This document shows positions 1 to 10,052 of a DNA stretch of 38,146 bases, piece after piece. Made by a program: the position numbers and the translations under genes. This DNA comes from Ferrimicrobium sp. GTDB lineage: Bacteria; Actinomycetota; Acidimicrobiia; Acidimicrobiales; Acidimicrobiaceae. The notes under the pieces are model-generated. The model saw only the letters and a program-made list of their open reading frames with translations, did no database searches and was not told the DNA's origin. The stretch spans positions 1 to 38,146 of the forward strand of contig DAHXNM010000007.1 of assembly GCA_027365375.1 (NCBI GenBank), given 5' to 3'. Numbering within the stretch: position 1 is the stretch's first letter; each line of letters opens with the position of its first letter.

Positions 1-834
1 GAGTGCTTTGCTGCCCGCGTCGATGACAAACTGGCCCGGCACCGCCGTGCTAATCACCCGAGTAGCTACCACGGCAGCGAGTTGATCGGGTGTGGCAGCA
101 CCTAGGGCTACTTGTTGTCGGTCGTTGAAGATGTAGGTACCTGGGCGTGCTTCATTGACGACACCGCCGAGCTCATTTACTGTAGGAGAGGATCCGGCAC
201 TGAGAACCTCTGCCTCTACCCCGTGGGCTTGTAGGCTACCGCGGGCAACCTTGAGCGCAGCTATCTCATCTGCTGCGGCACGCTTGACTGCGTCGACACC
301 CGCGTAGCTGTGGCCACCATGGGTGAAGACTCCAGCGACTCGCAGCCCAAGCGATTGGCAACCGGCAGCCAACTCGCCCGCCTGATCTGGTTGAGTGCCG
401 GTTCGGTGTTGCCCACTGTCGATCTCGATCATGATCTCAAGCTCAGTTGGCGCCCGTAACTGTGTGGCGAGAGCCTGCGCGCCACGGAGTGAATCGACGC
501 CTATCCGAAGCTTAGCAAGGGTGGAGAGTCGGTCTAGCTTCGCTGCCACCCTTGGCGTTGCCCAAAGTGGGAGGGCGAGAAAGAGGTCGTCAAAGCCAGC
601 TGCGACAAACACCTCGGCCTCCCCGATCGTAGCCACGGTGATCCCGTCTGCACCCAGAGCACGTTGTAATCGAGCGAGATCGACTGATTTGTGCGTCTTG
701 ACGTGTGGTCGTAGTGCGATATTCCGGGAACGCAATGAGTCGGCCATACGTGTGAGATTCGCCTCTACTACATCGAGGTTTATGAGGAGACTCGGTGTTG
801 CGATGTCGTCTAAAGTCCAGCTCTCAGAGATGAT
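1..834 (-). CDS. DSD1 / D-threonine aldolase family PLP-dependent enzyme (alanine-racemase fold); 3' end runs off the window
   Basis: Manual minus-strand translation gives IATPSLLINLDVVEANLTRMADSLRSRNIALRPHVKTHK (PLP-lysine motif RPHxKTHK), then EIDSGQHRTG, FTHGGHSY, SAGSSPT and RPGTYIFND. Missing from the ORF track because no stop lies in the window. Start uncertain (ATC at 834 or 831; first ATG at 747). Confidence 0.85.
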   Translation of the reverse strand, partial: MISESWTLDDIATPSLLINLDVVEANLTRMADSLRSRNIALRPHVKTHKSVDLARLQRALGADGITVATIGEAEVFVAAGFDDLFLALPLWATPRVAAKLDRLSTLAKLRIGVDSLRGAQALATQLRAPTELEIMIEIDSGQHRTGTQPDQAGELAAGCQSLGLRVAGVFTHGGHSYAGVDAVKRAAADEIAALKVARGSLQAHGVEAEVLSAGSSPTVNELGGVVNEARPGTYIFNDRQQVALGAATPDQLAAVVATRVISTAVPGQFVIDAGSKAL

Positions 835-1277
835 AGTTACCTTCCTTGCCGTGGTATCCGATCAACGCCGAGTGTGCCATCAGCCGCTGACCCCCTGGGA
901 GTAGTTGAGATCGGCTCTGCATACGCACAACATCTCACTGACTGCAGGGGTGCAGCCGTTAATCGTCTCTGACAATCCTAGCTTTGTGAATGAAAGAGCA
1001 TGGCGATCGCCGCAGAGAAGTGGCCAAGCTGTGCCGACCAGTGAGCAGCTGTTGGATAGGACAGCCGTGATGCGTTAACACGTCTCGTCCAGTGGTAAGC
1101 CACTGCAGCCTGACGACGATCCCGTTGTGACGGCAGGCTCGTGAATCTGGCATCGGATCGACGTGTAGTGAGCGCCGATTACGTGTGTAAACGCCGGACG
1201 GATTACTCGCCAGTGACCGCGTTTGCTGGAGGTACCGATATCGGAGATCCAAAACGCGCCCTCCAACGCCTTGATGG

Positions 1278-1772
1278 CTATCCGGTCGATTTAGATGTAG
1301 TTAGAGTTCCTAGGGTGTCGTTTGGAGGCTCACAAGTACGTGAATCGTCGTTGGCCATGGTGGAGTCGTCCACAGGAGCCGCTAAGTCCGCCAGCTGATC
1401 GCGGAGACTTGCAATCTCGGCGAGTATCTCGGCGAGTTGGCCCGTTGTCGTCGTGACCCATTGTTCAGATGGATCACTCACGCCATGGCGTTTGTGGACG
1501 ATCCATGCAAATCGAGCCTGTGCGTTGTCGCGCTCTCGTAGAGCCTCTCGCCACCATTGGGTGAGGGCCAGGGTACGGCAGTTTTTGGCCTCGAAAACGT
1601 GGTCAGGTGCGAGATCCACCTTGATGTCACCTCTATCCTGGGTGCCCTGCAGCCCCAACCGGACGGCGGCTAGCCCGTGTCGCTGAAACACCTCAACCAG
1701 GTCGTTTTCGAGTGATCTTCCCGCCGCCTTGGCTGATCTTCGTGATCGTCTTCTAGCCTCCATGGGTGCCAT
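1278..1772 (-). CDS. Phage-type Holliday junction resolvase-like PD-(D/E)XK nuclease
   Basis: Motifs KAAGRSLE, G..DRGDI, FEAKN and WIVHKR match the actinobacteriophage/Hjc-like resolvase pattern. AAAGGAG SD precedes the ATGs. Confidence 0.7.
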   Translation of the reverse strand: MAPMEARRRSRRSAKAAGRSLENDLVEVFQRHGLAAVRLGLQGTQDRGDIKVDLAPDHVFEAKNCRTLALTQWWREALRERDNAQARFAWIVHKRHGVSDPSEQWVTTTTGQLAEILAEIASLRDQLADLAAPVDDSTMANDDSRTCEPPNDTLGTLTTSKSTG

Positions 1773-2012
1773 GCTCCTTTCCGCGCAGATACTGGTCGTG
1801 CGTACATCTCGAACCCTTTAGTGGCGGCATGAGTCCAAGAGTAGTGCTTGTTCGCCGTTTAGTCCATGGTTATCGATGTCAGCCCTTGATCGAGTGTACG
1901 AGAGTAGCAAGTGGCCATGCGTGCGTGATCCAAGACGCCGGACGCTACAACGAGCGAGGGTTGGCCAATGATAGCAAAGCTATACGCTGGTTGAGAGTTG
2001 GCCGTGTCCAGC

Positions 2013-2324
2013 CTATGGGATTCGAATATCGTGTCGATCCTGCGCCTGTTGGAGTTCGGTATCAGCTATGGCAGCGACCGCTACCGGCGTGACGACCGAA
2101 TAGTGCTCTCCAACGGGGCAGTATTGTAGCCGCCACCACAAAAGGCGAAGTGCCTTAAACGATACACCTGGTATCCACCAAGTGGTGAACCGATGACCAT
2201 GCCTACACTGAACCACGGTGTCGAGTTTGAAGAGTGAACCTCTACGCCGTGCGACGACGGCGGTCTCCAGTGTCAAGAGCGATACGCCGATCACTAAAAT
2301 GTTCTTGCCAATGTACTTGTCCAT
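2013..2324 (-). CDS. Small hypothetical protein with N-terminal hydrophobic segment and CxxxH/CPxGxH motifs
   Basis: From ATG 2324: ILVIGVSLLTLETAVVA, then VQCRHGHRFTTWWIPGVSFKALRL and YCPVGEHYSVVTPV. The upstream part of the tracked ORF (to 2492) does not look protein-like. Confidence 0.6.
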   Translation of the reverse strand: MDKYIGKNILVIGVSLLTLETAVVARRRGSLFKLDTVVQCRHGHRFTTWWIPGVSFKALRLLWWRLQYCPVGEHYSVVTPVAVAAIADTELQQAQDRHDIRIP

Positions 2325-2820
2325 GAGTGCATTCCACGATCGATGCTGGCTTTTGCCCGAGGTGAGAACTGCGCCTATCGTCTGTCGCCCACTGTGGCGA
2401 ACGTCACTAGAGAGCTGACTAGATAGAGCCTTCGCCGTGGCAAGTTGAGCCGTCAAGTCATGCCGATGTGCTTTCGCTCCGTGGTTGCCCATGGTTCGAA
2501 GGATAGTGGATTGCTAGCTTGCAACCGCACTTATGCATAAACGGTGAAGCCAGACCACACGACTACGCCACCTCTTGCTCGATGCGGATGTGGTACTCAC
2601 CTGGCATCTGTCGATGGTGTGACCCTCGATATAGGTCGTATCTGCCGACAGGCTCGAAAGCCGATTCATCTGGACGGAGTTAGTGGTCAACTCAAAGCCG
2701 TCCTCGAACTGTTCGGTGTTCGACCGAGAGTCCTCCGCAGCAGACATCCAAAGTTGCTCGTCTTAGTTCATGGCAGTGTTTATGGATAGGAGAGGTTCGG
2801 GCGTGTTGTCTACCGCTCGA

Positions 2821-2826
2821 TACACT
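2821..2826 (+). promoter_or_regulatory. Putative -10 box (TACACT) for a leaderless transcript of the methyltransferase gene
   Basis: TACACT lies exactly 6 nt before ATG 2833 with no SD, the usual actinobacterial leaderless geometry. Confidence 0.5.
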
Positions 2827-2832
2827 GGGTTC

Positions 2833-3594
2833 ATGCCGCTAGATCACCTTGCCGATGAGGTCTATGCTCGACTCGTGCATGCTGGTTGTGTGGCGGCTGA
2901 TGAGGAGGCAAGCGACCTTTTGGCAGCCGCACCTGATGAGGCTACGTTGGCGAAATGGGTCACACGGCGTGAACACGGAGAGCCGTTGGCTTGGATCCTT
3001 GGACGCATTGACTTTTGTGGCCTATCGATCCTGGTCGACGAGGGACTGTACGTTCCGAGGCTACAAAGCGAAGAGCTCGCTCGACGCGCCGCCGAATGCC
3101 TGCCCCAGGATGGACACGCAGTAGATCTCTGTACCGGAGTTGGCGCGATCGCTGCCTATCTGGGCCAGATAGCGCCGAACGCGACGGTAGTGGGGACTGA
3201 CCTTAATCTAAGCGCCGTTTGTTGCGCTAGCCGTAATGGCGTCCGCGCGGTAGTGAGCGAACTTGGGTCAAGTCTGCGCTCCGGAGTTTTTGATGTCGTT
3301 TCGGTGGTAGCTCCCTATGTTCCCACCGGCGAGCTTCACCTTCTCCCCGCTGACGTCCAGCGCTTTGAGCCTACTCTCGCACTCGACGGAGGAGTGGATG
3401 GACTTACACAGCTACGTCGCTCTGTTTTCGATGCCCAGCGTCTCTTGCGTGCTGGCGGTTGGTTCCTGGCTGAAGTCGGCGGAGCACAGGACCGCATGTT
3501 GGAGCCAGTACTACGATCCGCTGGCTTTGGCAGCTTCTCGTCGTGGCACGACGAAGATGGCGATCTCCGCGGTATCTGCGCCCAGCTCATCTAG
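2833..3594 (+). CDS. PrmC/HemK-related class I SAM methyltransferase
   Basis: RREHGEPLAWILG, GLYVPR..SEEL, VDLCTGVGAIA and EPTLALDGGVDGL. The NPPY motif reads VAPY. Confidence 0.85.
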   Translation: MPLDHLADEVYARLVHAGCVAADEEASDLLAAAPDEATLAKWVTRREHGEPLAWILGRIDFCGLSILVDEGLYVPRLQSEELARRAAECLPQDGHAVDLCTGVGAIAAYLGQIAPNATVVGTDLNLSAVCCASRNGVRAVVSELGSSLRSGVFDVVSVVAPYVPTGELHLLPADVQRFEPTLALDGGVDGLTQLRRSVFDAQRLLRAGGWFLAEVGGAQDRMLEPVLRSAGFGSFSSWHDEDGDLRGICAQLI

Positions 3595-3708
3595 TTGCTA
3601 TGGACGGCTGGCTAGCTTTGATCGTCCTACAGGCAGTTAGTTGTTGGCAAAGCGGTGCGCCAAATAGCCCACCGCTTTGTTCAGAGATTAATGCTTAGAG
3701 AGTGCTGG

Positions 3709-5691
3709 CTAAGTTGGTTGTGTGGTCAGGTAGCGGTTGTACCAGCTCAATATCTCATCGAGACGGTGAATCCTGTTCCACGGCTTGCCGTTTCGACTCA
3801 TGCCATGGAATTCATCCGGGTAGCGAACAAATCGAACTGGTACCCGATTTAGATATCGAATGGCGGTGTAATACTCCATAGCCTGCTCGATTGGACAACG
3901 CAGATCACCCTCTTGCGCTTCTATTAGAACTGGCGTGCGTACCTGGTCGACGTAGGTGAGTGGGCTTTGTTGGCGATACCAGCTGTCGTCTTCCCACGGA
4001 TGTTTGCCTCCAGCTCGCAGCGCCTCATCCCATCCGACGTCGCTAGAGCCGACCATGGAGACCCAATCGGTGACAGGTCGCCCTACTACGGCAGCACTGT
4101 AACGGTTGCTATGCCCAATGATCCATGCGGTCATATAGCCCCCATAGGATCCGCCACCCACGCCCAAGGCGTCTTGATTGATCTCAGGATGACGCTCGCA
4201 GGCCGCATCAACGGCAGCCTCGATATCAGCCCAATCGCGGTCACCCCAGCGCTCGAAGATTGCGGAACAGAATGGGGCACCATAGCCTCGTGACCCTCTT
4301 GGGTTGGACGCAATGACCGCGAACCCTTGACTTACTAGCAGCTGAAACTCAAAAAAGAAGGCGTGGGCATACATCGCCATCGGCCCGCCGTGAATCTCCA
4401 CCACTCCAGGAACTGGTTCGGCGTAGCTCTTTGGTGGTAGGTAGACCCATGTATCCACCGAGTGTCCTTCGCTAGTTTGAGCTTGGAAATAGTCAGGCGT
4501 AATAAAGCTAACCTCACTTGTGAGGGCAGCATTCGTGGTAGTTATCCGCTCTTTGTCTCCATCGAGGAGGCGGTAGACCTCGCTTGGCTGACTCGAGGTT
4601 GTGATAACAGCGTAAAGGTCGTTGGTGGTCGTGGATCGAGCAAACGACGAGATGACATGGTGCCCAGTGGTTATCTGTGCTACCGCATCGGATGCCAATG
4701 AGATGTGTACGATCTCGACCGACCCGTGCTGGGATGCCAGCGTGAACAGGCTCTCGCCTGGCTTGTCCCATACGAGGGTGTCCCCCGCAGGGCTTAGGAC
4801 GTCGTTGATGGCCTCGTTGCCGATCGGGTATTCAAAGGTCGCCGCGACAGGCCGTGCCTCTGCCGCTCCGCGCGGACGCACATAGAGTCTTGGTTGGTCA
4901 TAACCTATAGTGGTTGGATCTTCCCAGCTATACACCAGCGAACCGTCTGGGGCGATGAGGAATGCCTGAGCCCCAGGAGCCACGAGTTCAGTGATCTCAT
5001 GACTGACTAGGTCAATCGAGAAGAGCCCTTCTTCGCTGCTGCGATCATAGTCGTCACCACGGCGCGAGCGAAAGACAATCGCAGCTCCGTCTGCTGTGAA
5101 CTGCGCTTCGCTGACGCGGTAAGGATGATGAGTGAGTTGATCAGACCGATTGTTATCGGCGAGGGCGATGGTGAATAGGTTGGGACGGTAGGGGTCGAAG
5201 TAGCCGTCGCCGTCGAACTTGTGGAGGAGCTCAGTGATAACCTTCACCTCGCTTGTGTGTCGCTCACGGAGCGATAGGTGTGTGGGATCACTCTTACCGG
5301 TTGCCCCATCCCTCTTGACACGACCGACGACCGCGAGACTTTGCCCATCAGCGGACCAGGAGAAGGTGTCAACGCCGCCGGGATAGCTGGTCACACATTG
5401 GGCTTCTCCGCCGTTGAGAGGAAGGATCCACACCTGGGCGACACTATCGGTCTTTCGAAGAAAAGCGAGAGCGCGGCCATCGGGTCGAAAGCGTGGATGG
5501 GAGTCGGACGTGCCCTGGGTGAGATCGACCGGGCTCCCTCCGTCGACAACGGTGCGGATTCGTTGGCAACTGCAGTTGTGCTCTGCGTCCTGCCACTCCT
5601 CGACAAATACAAGACGGTTCTCGATCGGTGACGTTCGCACGTCTCCGACGCTACGAAGGTTGAGTAGATCCTCTGCTTGCAGTTGACGCAT
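3709..5691 (-). CDS. S9 family (prolyl oligopeptidase/acylaminoacyl) peptidase
   Basis: Beta-propeller repeats, IHGGP, NPRGSRGYG, nucleophile GGSYGG, D in EGDLRCP and H in DEFHG. GGGAGG SD before ATG 5691. Confidence 0.93.
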   Translation of the reverse strand: MRQLQAEDLLNLRSVGDVRTSPIENRLVFVEEWQDAEHNCSCQRIRTVVDGGSPVDLTQGTSDSHPRFRPDGRALAFLRKTDSVAQVWILPLNGGEAQCVTSYPGGVDTFSWSADGQSLAVVGRVKRDGATGKSDPTHLSLRERHTSEVKVITELLHKFDGDGYFDPYRPNLFTIALADNNRSDQLTHHPYRVSEAQFTADGAAIVFRSRRGDDYDRSSEEGLFSIDLVSHEITELVAPGAQAFLIAPDGSLVYSWEDPTTIGYDQPRLYVRPRGAAEARPVAATFEYPIGNEAINDVLSPAGDTLVWDKPGESLFTLASQHGSVEIVHISLASDAVAQITTGHHVISSFARSTTTNDLYAVITTSSQPSEVYRLLDGDKERITTTNAALTSEVSFITPDYFQAQTSEGHSVDTWVYLPPKSYAEPVPGVVEIHGGPMAMYAHAFFFEFQLLVSQGFAVIASNPRGSRGYGAPFCSAIFERWGDRDWADIEAAVDAACERHPEINQDALGVGGGSYGGYMTAWIIGHSNRYSAAVVGRPVTDWVSMVGSSDVGWDEALRAGGKHPWEDDSWYRQQSPLTYVDQVRTPVLIEAQEGDLRCPIEQAMEYYTAIRYLNRVPVRFVRYPDEFHGMSRNGKPWNRIHRLDEILSWYNRYLTTQPT

Positions 5692-5878
5692 GTTGTTTGC
5701 CCTCCCCGATAGTTGCAGCGTCGCCACCCTAGCGACTGGTGGCTCTTCTAAACCTCCAGCGTAGAAGCCGATCGAACCCAGTGCAATCAACAAGGAGTGC
5801 GAAGCTTGACTCATCGGTGGGGCCTTTGGAAAGCGAGTGAGAACCTACCATTACTTAATGAGATCTTGAAAGGTGATG

Positions 5879-7081
5879 ATGAACGTCTGTAAACGTCTCG
5901 ATCAGCTATTGCTCCAGATTGCAGAGATTGGTTGCGACCAAACCACAGGAGGCTACAACAGATTTGCCTACACTGAGGCAGATCACCAACTGCGTGTATT
6001 CTTCGCACAAACTGCCGAGGAGCTAGGGCTCGAGGTTGGTGTTGATGCGGCCAACAACCAGTGGGCTTGGTGGGGGGATCCAGACCGTGAGCCAGAGCAT
6101 AACCTAGTACTCGGATCTCATCTCGATTCGGTGCCATCGGGCGGGGCCTACGATGGACCGCTTGGCGTGCTATCGGCACTATCGGCAATAGCAGAGCTGA
6201 TCGATGATGGATTTCAGCCACGAAGTGCGGTTGGTGTGGCAAACTTCATCGACGAGGAGGGGGCTCGGTTCGGAGTCGCCTGCCTGGGATCGCGAGTCTT
6301 GACCGGCGAGACCAGCTACGAACGGCTGAGCCAACTGATCGACTACGACGGAATCCCCTTTGTCGATGTCGTCAGCGCCTCGGGAGTAGACCCGGCGCGT
6401 CTCGGGCGTGACGATCGTGCACTCTCACGAATTGGAAGCTTCGTTGAACTCCACATCGAACAGGGCCACCAGCTCATTGATTTACATGCCCCAATCGGAC
6501 TGGCGAGCTTTATATGGCCACATGGCCGTTGGTCGACCACCCTGTCGGGTACACCAAACCACGCGGGAACCACCAGGCTTGAGGAGCGTGATGATCCACT
6601 GCAGAGGGCCGCTCACTTCGTACTCGAGCTCGGCGAGCTCGCGATTGCTCGCGATGCTATCGCTACCTGCGGCAAGATTGTGGTTGAGCCGAATGCAGTG
6701 AATGCGATAGCGGCGAAGGTCCATCTCTGGATTGATGCAAGAGCCGAGGATCCTGACCGTCTTGCCCACCTGGAGACCGACATCGTTGCACTCGCCGAAC
6801 GACTTGGTGGGAGGCTCGTCAACGACTCTCTTACGCCGATGACCGTATTCTCTGCCTCGTTGAACCAGAGATTGGGGTCGTTGTTGGAGAATCCGCCTGT
6901 TATAAGTACCGGCGCGGGGCATGATGCTGGAATCCTTGCGAGTCATGGTATCCCTACGGCGATGCTCTTTGTCAGGAATCCAACTGGCGTATCGCATTCA
7001 CCCGCTGAGAACGCGAACCGAGAGGACATGGCTGCAGGCGTCGATGCTCTCATCCGCGTGATACGGGGACTGACATCGTGA
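5879..7081 (+). CDS. M20 family Zn-dependent amidohydrolase (allantoate amidohydrolase-like; hut-associated, probable N-formylglutamate hydrolase)
   Basis: GSHLDSVPSGGAYDGPLGV, DEEGARFG, ELHIEQG, NHAGTT, GAGHDA and SHSPAE. Start could be 5873, 5876 or 5879. Confidence 0.88.
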   Translation: MNVCKRLDQLLLQIAEIGCDQTTGGYNRFAYTEADHQLRVFFAQTAEELGLEVGVDAANNQWAWWGDPDREPEHNLVLGSHLDSVPSGGAYDGPLGVLSALSAIAELIDDGFQPRSAVGVANFIDEEGARFGVACLGSRVLTGETSYERLSQLIDYDGIPFVDVVSASGVDPARLGRDDRALSRIGSFVELHIEQGHQLIDLHAPIGLASFIWPHGRWSTTLSGTPNHAGTTRLEERDDPLQRAAHFVLELGELAIARDAIATCGKIVVEPNAVNAIAAKVHLWIDARAEDPDRLAHLETDIVALAERLGGRLVNDSLTPMTVFSASLNQRLGSLLENPPVISTGAGHDAGILASHGIPTAMLFVRNPTGVSHSPAENANREDMAAGVDALIRVIRGLTS

Positions 7082-8385
7082 AGATCTATGCACAATGGGC
7101 GCTGGTGACACCGACCGACCTACTCCCGGGGGTGATGGTGAGTGTTGAGGCTGATCGAATCGTCGGAGTAGAGAGCAAGGGACCAGAAGGGGCTGACTAT
7201 CGTGTCGATCTTTTGACCTCTGGTTATGCGAACTGCCATAGCCATGCCTTTCATAGAGGCCTGCGTGGTCGGGTTGGACGCGCCGCCGACTTCTGGGCGT
7301 GGCGAGACGCGATGTATGCGTTCGCTGATGCTCTCAACCCAGAGCGCTATCTTGAGTTCGCTACCCTCGTCTTCCGTGAGATGTTGCTCGCCGGGTTCAC
7401 AAGCGTTGGCGAGTTCCACTATCTTCACCATGATCATCACGGTATCGCCTATGCAGACTCCAACGCCATGGGATTGGCCCTTATAGAGGCGGCCAAGCTG
7501 GCAGGGATCCGTCTAGGACTTATCGACGTCTGCTATCTCCATGGCGGCCTTGGTCGTGATGGTTATCGACCCCTTGAGGGCACGCAACGCCGTTTTGGCG
7601 ATCAGGATCTAGATGGCTATATCGAGCGGATTAGCAGCCTCCCTGAGTCTGAGACCGTCCGCATCCTCCGCGGTGTGCACTCGCTGCGCGCGGTCTCCAT
7701 CGACGAGCTTGAGCTGGTGGCGGGGCAGGCCTCTGCTGATCCCTGGCACCTCCATCTCATGGAACAGCCCCAGGAGGTGGTGGACCTGGTTGCGTACTAT
7801 GGTCAACGCCCTCTCGGGCTTCTGGAGGAGCGAGGAGTGCTAGACCGGAACGTGACCCTCGTTCACCTCAATCAACTCGATGATGACGAGATAGCTGCAT
7901 TGGTGCGTACCCAGGCGGTCACCTGTGCGTGTCCTACCACGGAGGAGGATCTCGCTGACGGGCTATCCCCAGGAGCGAGGCTGCTCAACGCGGGTGCACG
8001 CGTGAGCGTCGGTACCGATCAACACACTCGCATAGATCCGTTCTTGGAGGCCTCACGTCTAGACGCACACGAGCGACTTCGCACCCTGAAGAGAACATCG
8101 GTAAGTACCGCTGCGCTTTGGACGGCGTTGGCTGGCCATGAGTCGATCGGATTTAGCGATGTTGGTCGACTCGAGGTCGGTGCGTTGGCTGACATGGTAG
8201 CGATCGATCTCCAGGAGCTAGGAGTTGCCGGCATCGATCCCTTCGAGGCGGTTCGTTTCGCGACACGATCCGCGGTCTCGATGGTCTGGGTTGCTGGAAA
8301 AGTAGTCGCGACCGAAATCGATGAGGAGCGTCGGGCACTGGGGGCAGAGCTCGCAGCGACCGTTGCACGATGGCAGAAGGAGTAG
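7078..8385 (+). CDS. hutF: Formimidoylglutamate deiminase
   Basis: [46 protein letters not shown] and GTD. GTGA overlap with the upstream gene. Confidence 0.9.
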   Translation: MKIYAQWALVTPTDLLPGVMVSVEADRIVGVESKGPEGADYRVDLLTSGYANCHSHAFHRGLRGRVGRAADFWAWRDAMYAFADALNPERYLEFATLVFREMLLAGFTSVGEFHYLHHDHHGIAYADSNAMGLALIEAAKLAGIRLGLIDVCYLHGGLGRDGYRPLEGTQRRFGDQDLDGYIERISSLPESETVRILRGVHSLRAVSIDELELVAGQASADPWHLHLMEQPQEVVDLVAYYGQRPLGLLEERGVLDRNVTLVHLNQLDDDEIAALVRTQAVTCACPTTEEDLADGLSPGARLLNAGARVSVGTDQHTRIDPFLEASRLDAHERLRTLKRTSVSTAALWTALAGHESIGFSDVGRLEVGALADMVAIDLQELGVAGIDPFEAVRFATRSAVSMVWVAGKVVATEIDEERRALGAELAATVARWQKE

Positions 8386-8387
8386 GA

Positions 8388-10052
8388 ATGGGTAATCGTC
8401 ATGATGAGAGCCGGTCGATCAGGGCCCCGAGAGGGACCGAGCTGAGCTGCCGTAGTTGGCTCACCGAGGCCCCGTATCGGATGATCCAAAACAACCTCGA
8501 CATCGAGGTAGCAGAGCATCCTGAAGATCTGGTGGTCTACGGCGGGATAGGGCGTGCAGCCAGGGATTGGGAGTCCTTCGATCGGATCCTCGCAACTTTG
8601 CGCACGCTAGCTGATGACGAGACGTTGCTGGTTCAGAGTGGAAAGCCGGTCGGGGTCTTCCCGACGCATCCAGATGCACCAAGGGTGCTTATCGCCAACT
8701 CGAATCTGGTTCCGCACTGGGCAACCTGGGAGCACTTCGATGAACTAGATGCCAAAGGCCTGATGATGTATGGCCAGATGACCGCGGGAAGTTGGATCTA
8801 TATCGGTTCACAAGGCATTGTGCAGGGAACCTACGAGACCTTTGTCGCCGCCGCCCAGACCCACTTTGGCGGTGATCCGTTTGGGCGTTGGATCTTGACC
8901 GCCGGCCTTGGTGGAATGGGGGGAGCACAGCCTTTGGCGGCGACGATGGCCGGCTTTTCGATGCTTGCCATCGAGTGTGATCCGAGCCGTATCGAGCTCA
9001 GAATTCAGACAGGATATTTAGAACATCGCGCGCTCTCACTCGAGGAGGCGATGGGTCTGCTCGATCAGGCGAGGCAGTCTGGCCGTCCCACCTCGATTGG
9101 ATTGCTTGGTAACGCAGCCGAGGTAATCGAGGAGATGGTGCACCGAAACATCACTCCTGACCTGGTGACCGATCAGACGAGTGCACATGATCCTCTGCGG
9201 GGATATCTCCCCGTTGGATACAGTCTTGAAGAGTGGCGCCAGGCGAGTGATCCCACTCGGCTCGTCGCGGACGCCAAACAGTCGATGGGGCGCCATGTTC
9301 AGGCGATGCTTGCGATGGCTGACCGTGGTGCGATCGCCTTTGACTATGGCAACAATATTCGCCAAGGTGCCTATGAAGCCGGCGTGGAGCGAGCCTTTGA
9401 GATCCCTGGGTTCGTACCTGCCTATATTCGCCCGCTCTTCTGCCGAGGTTACGGACCGTTTCGATGGGTGGCACTCTCTGGCGACCCAGAGGATATCTAC
9501 ACGACAGATGCCAAGGTCAAGGAGCTCGTCGACGACGATCCCCACCTCCATCACTGGCTTGATATGGCGAGGGAGCGTATCAAGTTTCAGGGGCTACCTG
9601 CACGAATCTGTTGGTTGGGATTGCGCGATCGGGCTCGAGTGGGGCGCGCCTTTAACGAGATGGTGGCGAGTGGAGAGCTGAGGGCGCCGATTGTTATAGG
9701 TCGCGACCACCTCGATACTGGTTCGGTTGCTAGTCCGAATCGTGAGACCGAGTCGATGCGTGATGGCTCCGATGCAGTGTCTGATTGGCCGTTGCTAAAC
9801 GCGATGCTCAACGTTGCCGGAGGAGCTACATGGGTATCTCTCCACCATGGCGGTGGCGTAGGGATGGGGTACTCACAACATGCCGGGCAGGTGATCGTGT
9901 GTGACGGCTCTGCCGAGGCGGATCGCCGACTCGCTCGAGTGCTTTTCAATGACCCCGGCACCGGCGTGATGCGCCATGCCGATGCTGGCTATCCAGAGGC
10001 CCTTGAAGAGGCTAAGCTCCGTGGGCTCAACCTTCCGTCGGTGCGAAACTAG
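8388..10052 (+). CDS. hutU: Urocanate hydratase
   Basis: Conserved [46 protein letters not shown] and [26 protein letters not shown] before ATG 8388. Confidence 0.98.
   Translation: MGNRHDESRSIRAPRGTELSCRSWLTEAPYRMIQNNLDIEVAEHPEDLVVYGGIGRAARDWESFDRILATLRTLADDETLLVQSGKPVGVFPTHPDAPRVLIANSNLVPHWATWEHFDELDAKGLMMYGQMTAGSWIYIGSQGIVQGTYETFVAAAQTHFGGDPFGRWILTAGLGGMGGAQPLAATMAGFSMLAIECDPSRIELRIQTGYLEHRALSLEEAMGLLDQARQSGRPTSIGLLGNAAEVIEEMVHRNITPDLVTDQTSAHDPLRGYLPVGYSLEEWRQASDPTRLVADAKQSMGRHVQAMLAMADRGAIAFDYGNNIRQGAYEAGVERAFEIPGFVPAYIRPLFCRGYGPFRWVALSGDPEDIYTTDAKVKELVDDDPHLHHWLDMARERIKFQGLPARICWLGLRDRARVGRAFNEMVASGELRAPIVIGRDHLDTGSVASPNRETESMRDGSDAVSDWPLLNAMLNVAGGATWVSLHHGGGVGMGYSQHAGQVIVCDGSAEADRRLARVLFNDPGTGVMRHADAGYPEALEEAKLRGLNLPSVRN

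Noticed and set aside
395-904. 169-aa + strand ORF, and the many similar short ORFs overlapping larger genes throughout the track
   Set aside because: These are antisense or alternate-frame shadows of well-supported genes (here the DSD1-type gene), with no recognisable motifs.
900-1277. Hairpins (CAGTGG-TAAG-CCACTG; AGCCTG...CAGGCT) and 63-97-aa ORFs upstream of the DSD1-type gene
   Set aside because: They match no riboswitch consensus I know, the ORFs lack an SD and protein-like features, and such stems are expected at this GC content.
2514-2789. Opposing 77-aa and 81-aa ORFs and TCGAAC-N8-GTTCGA resembling a LexA box
   Set aside because: The ORFs have no family signal, and the actinobacterial SOS box has a 4-nt spacer, not 8.
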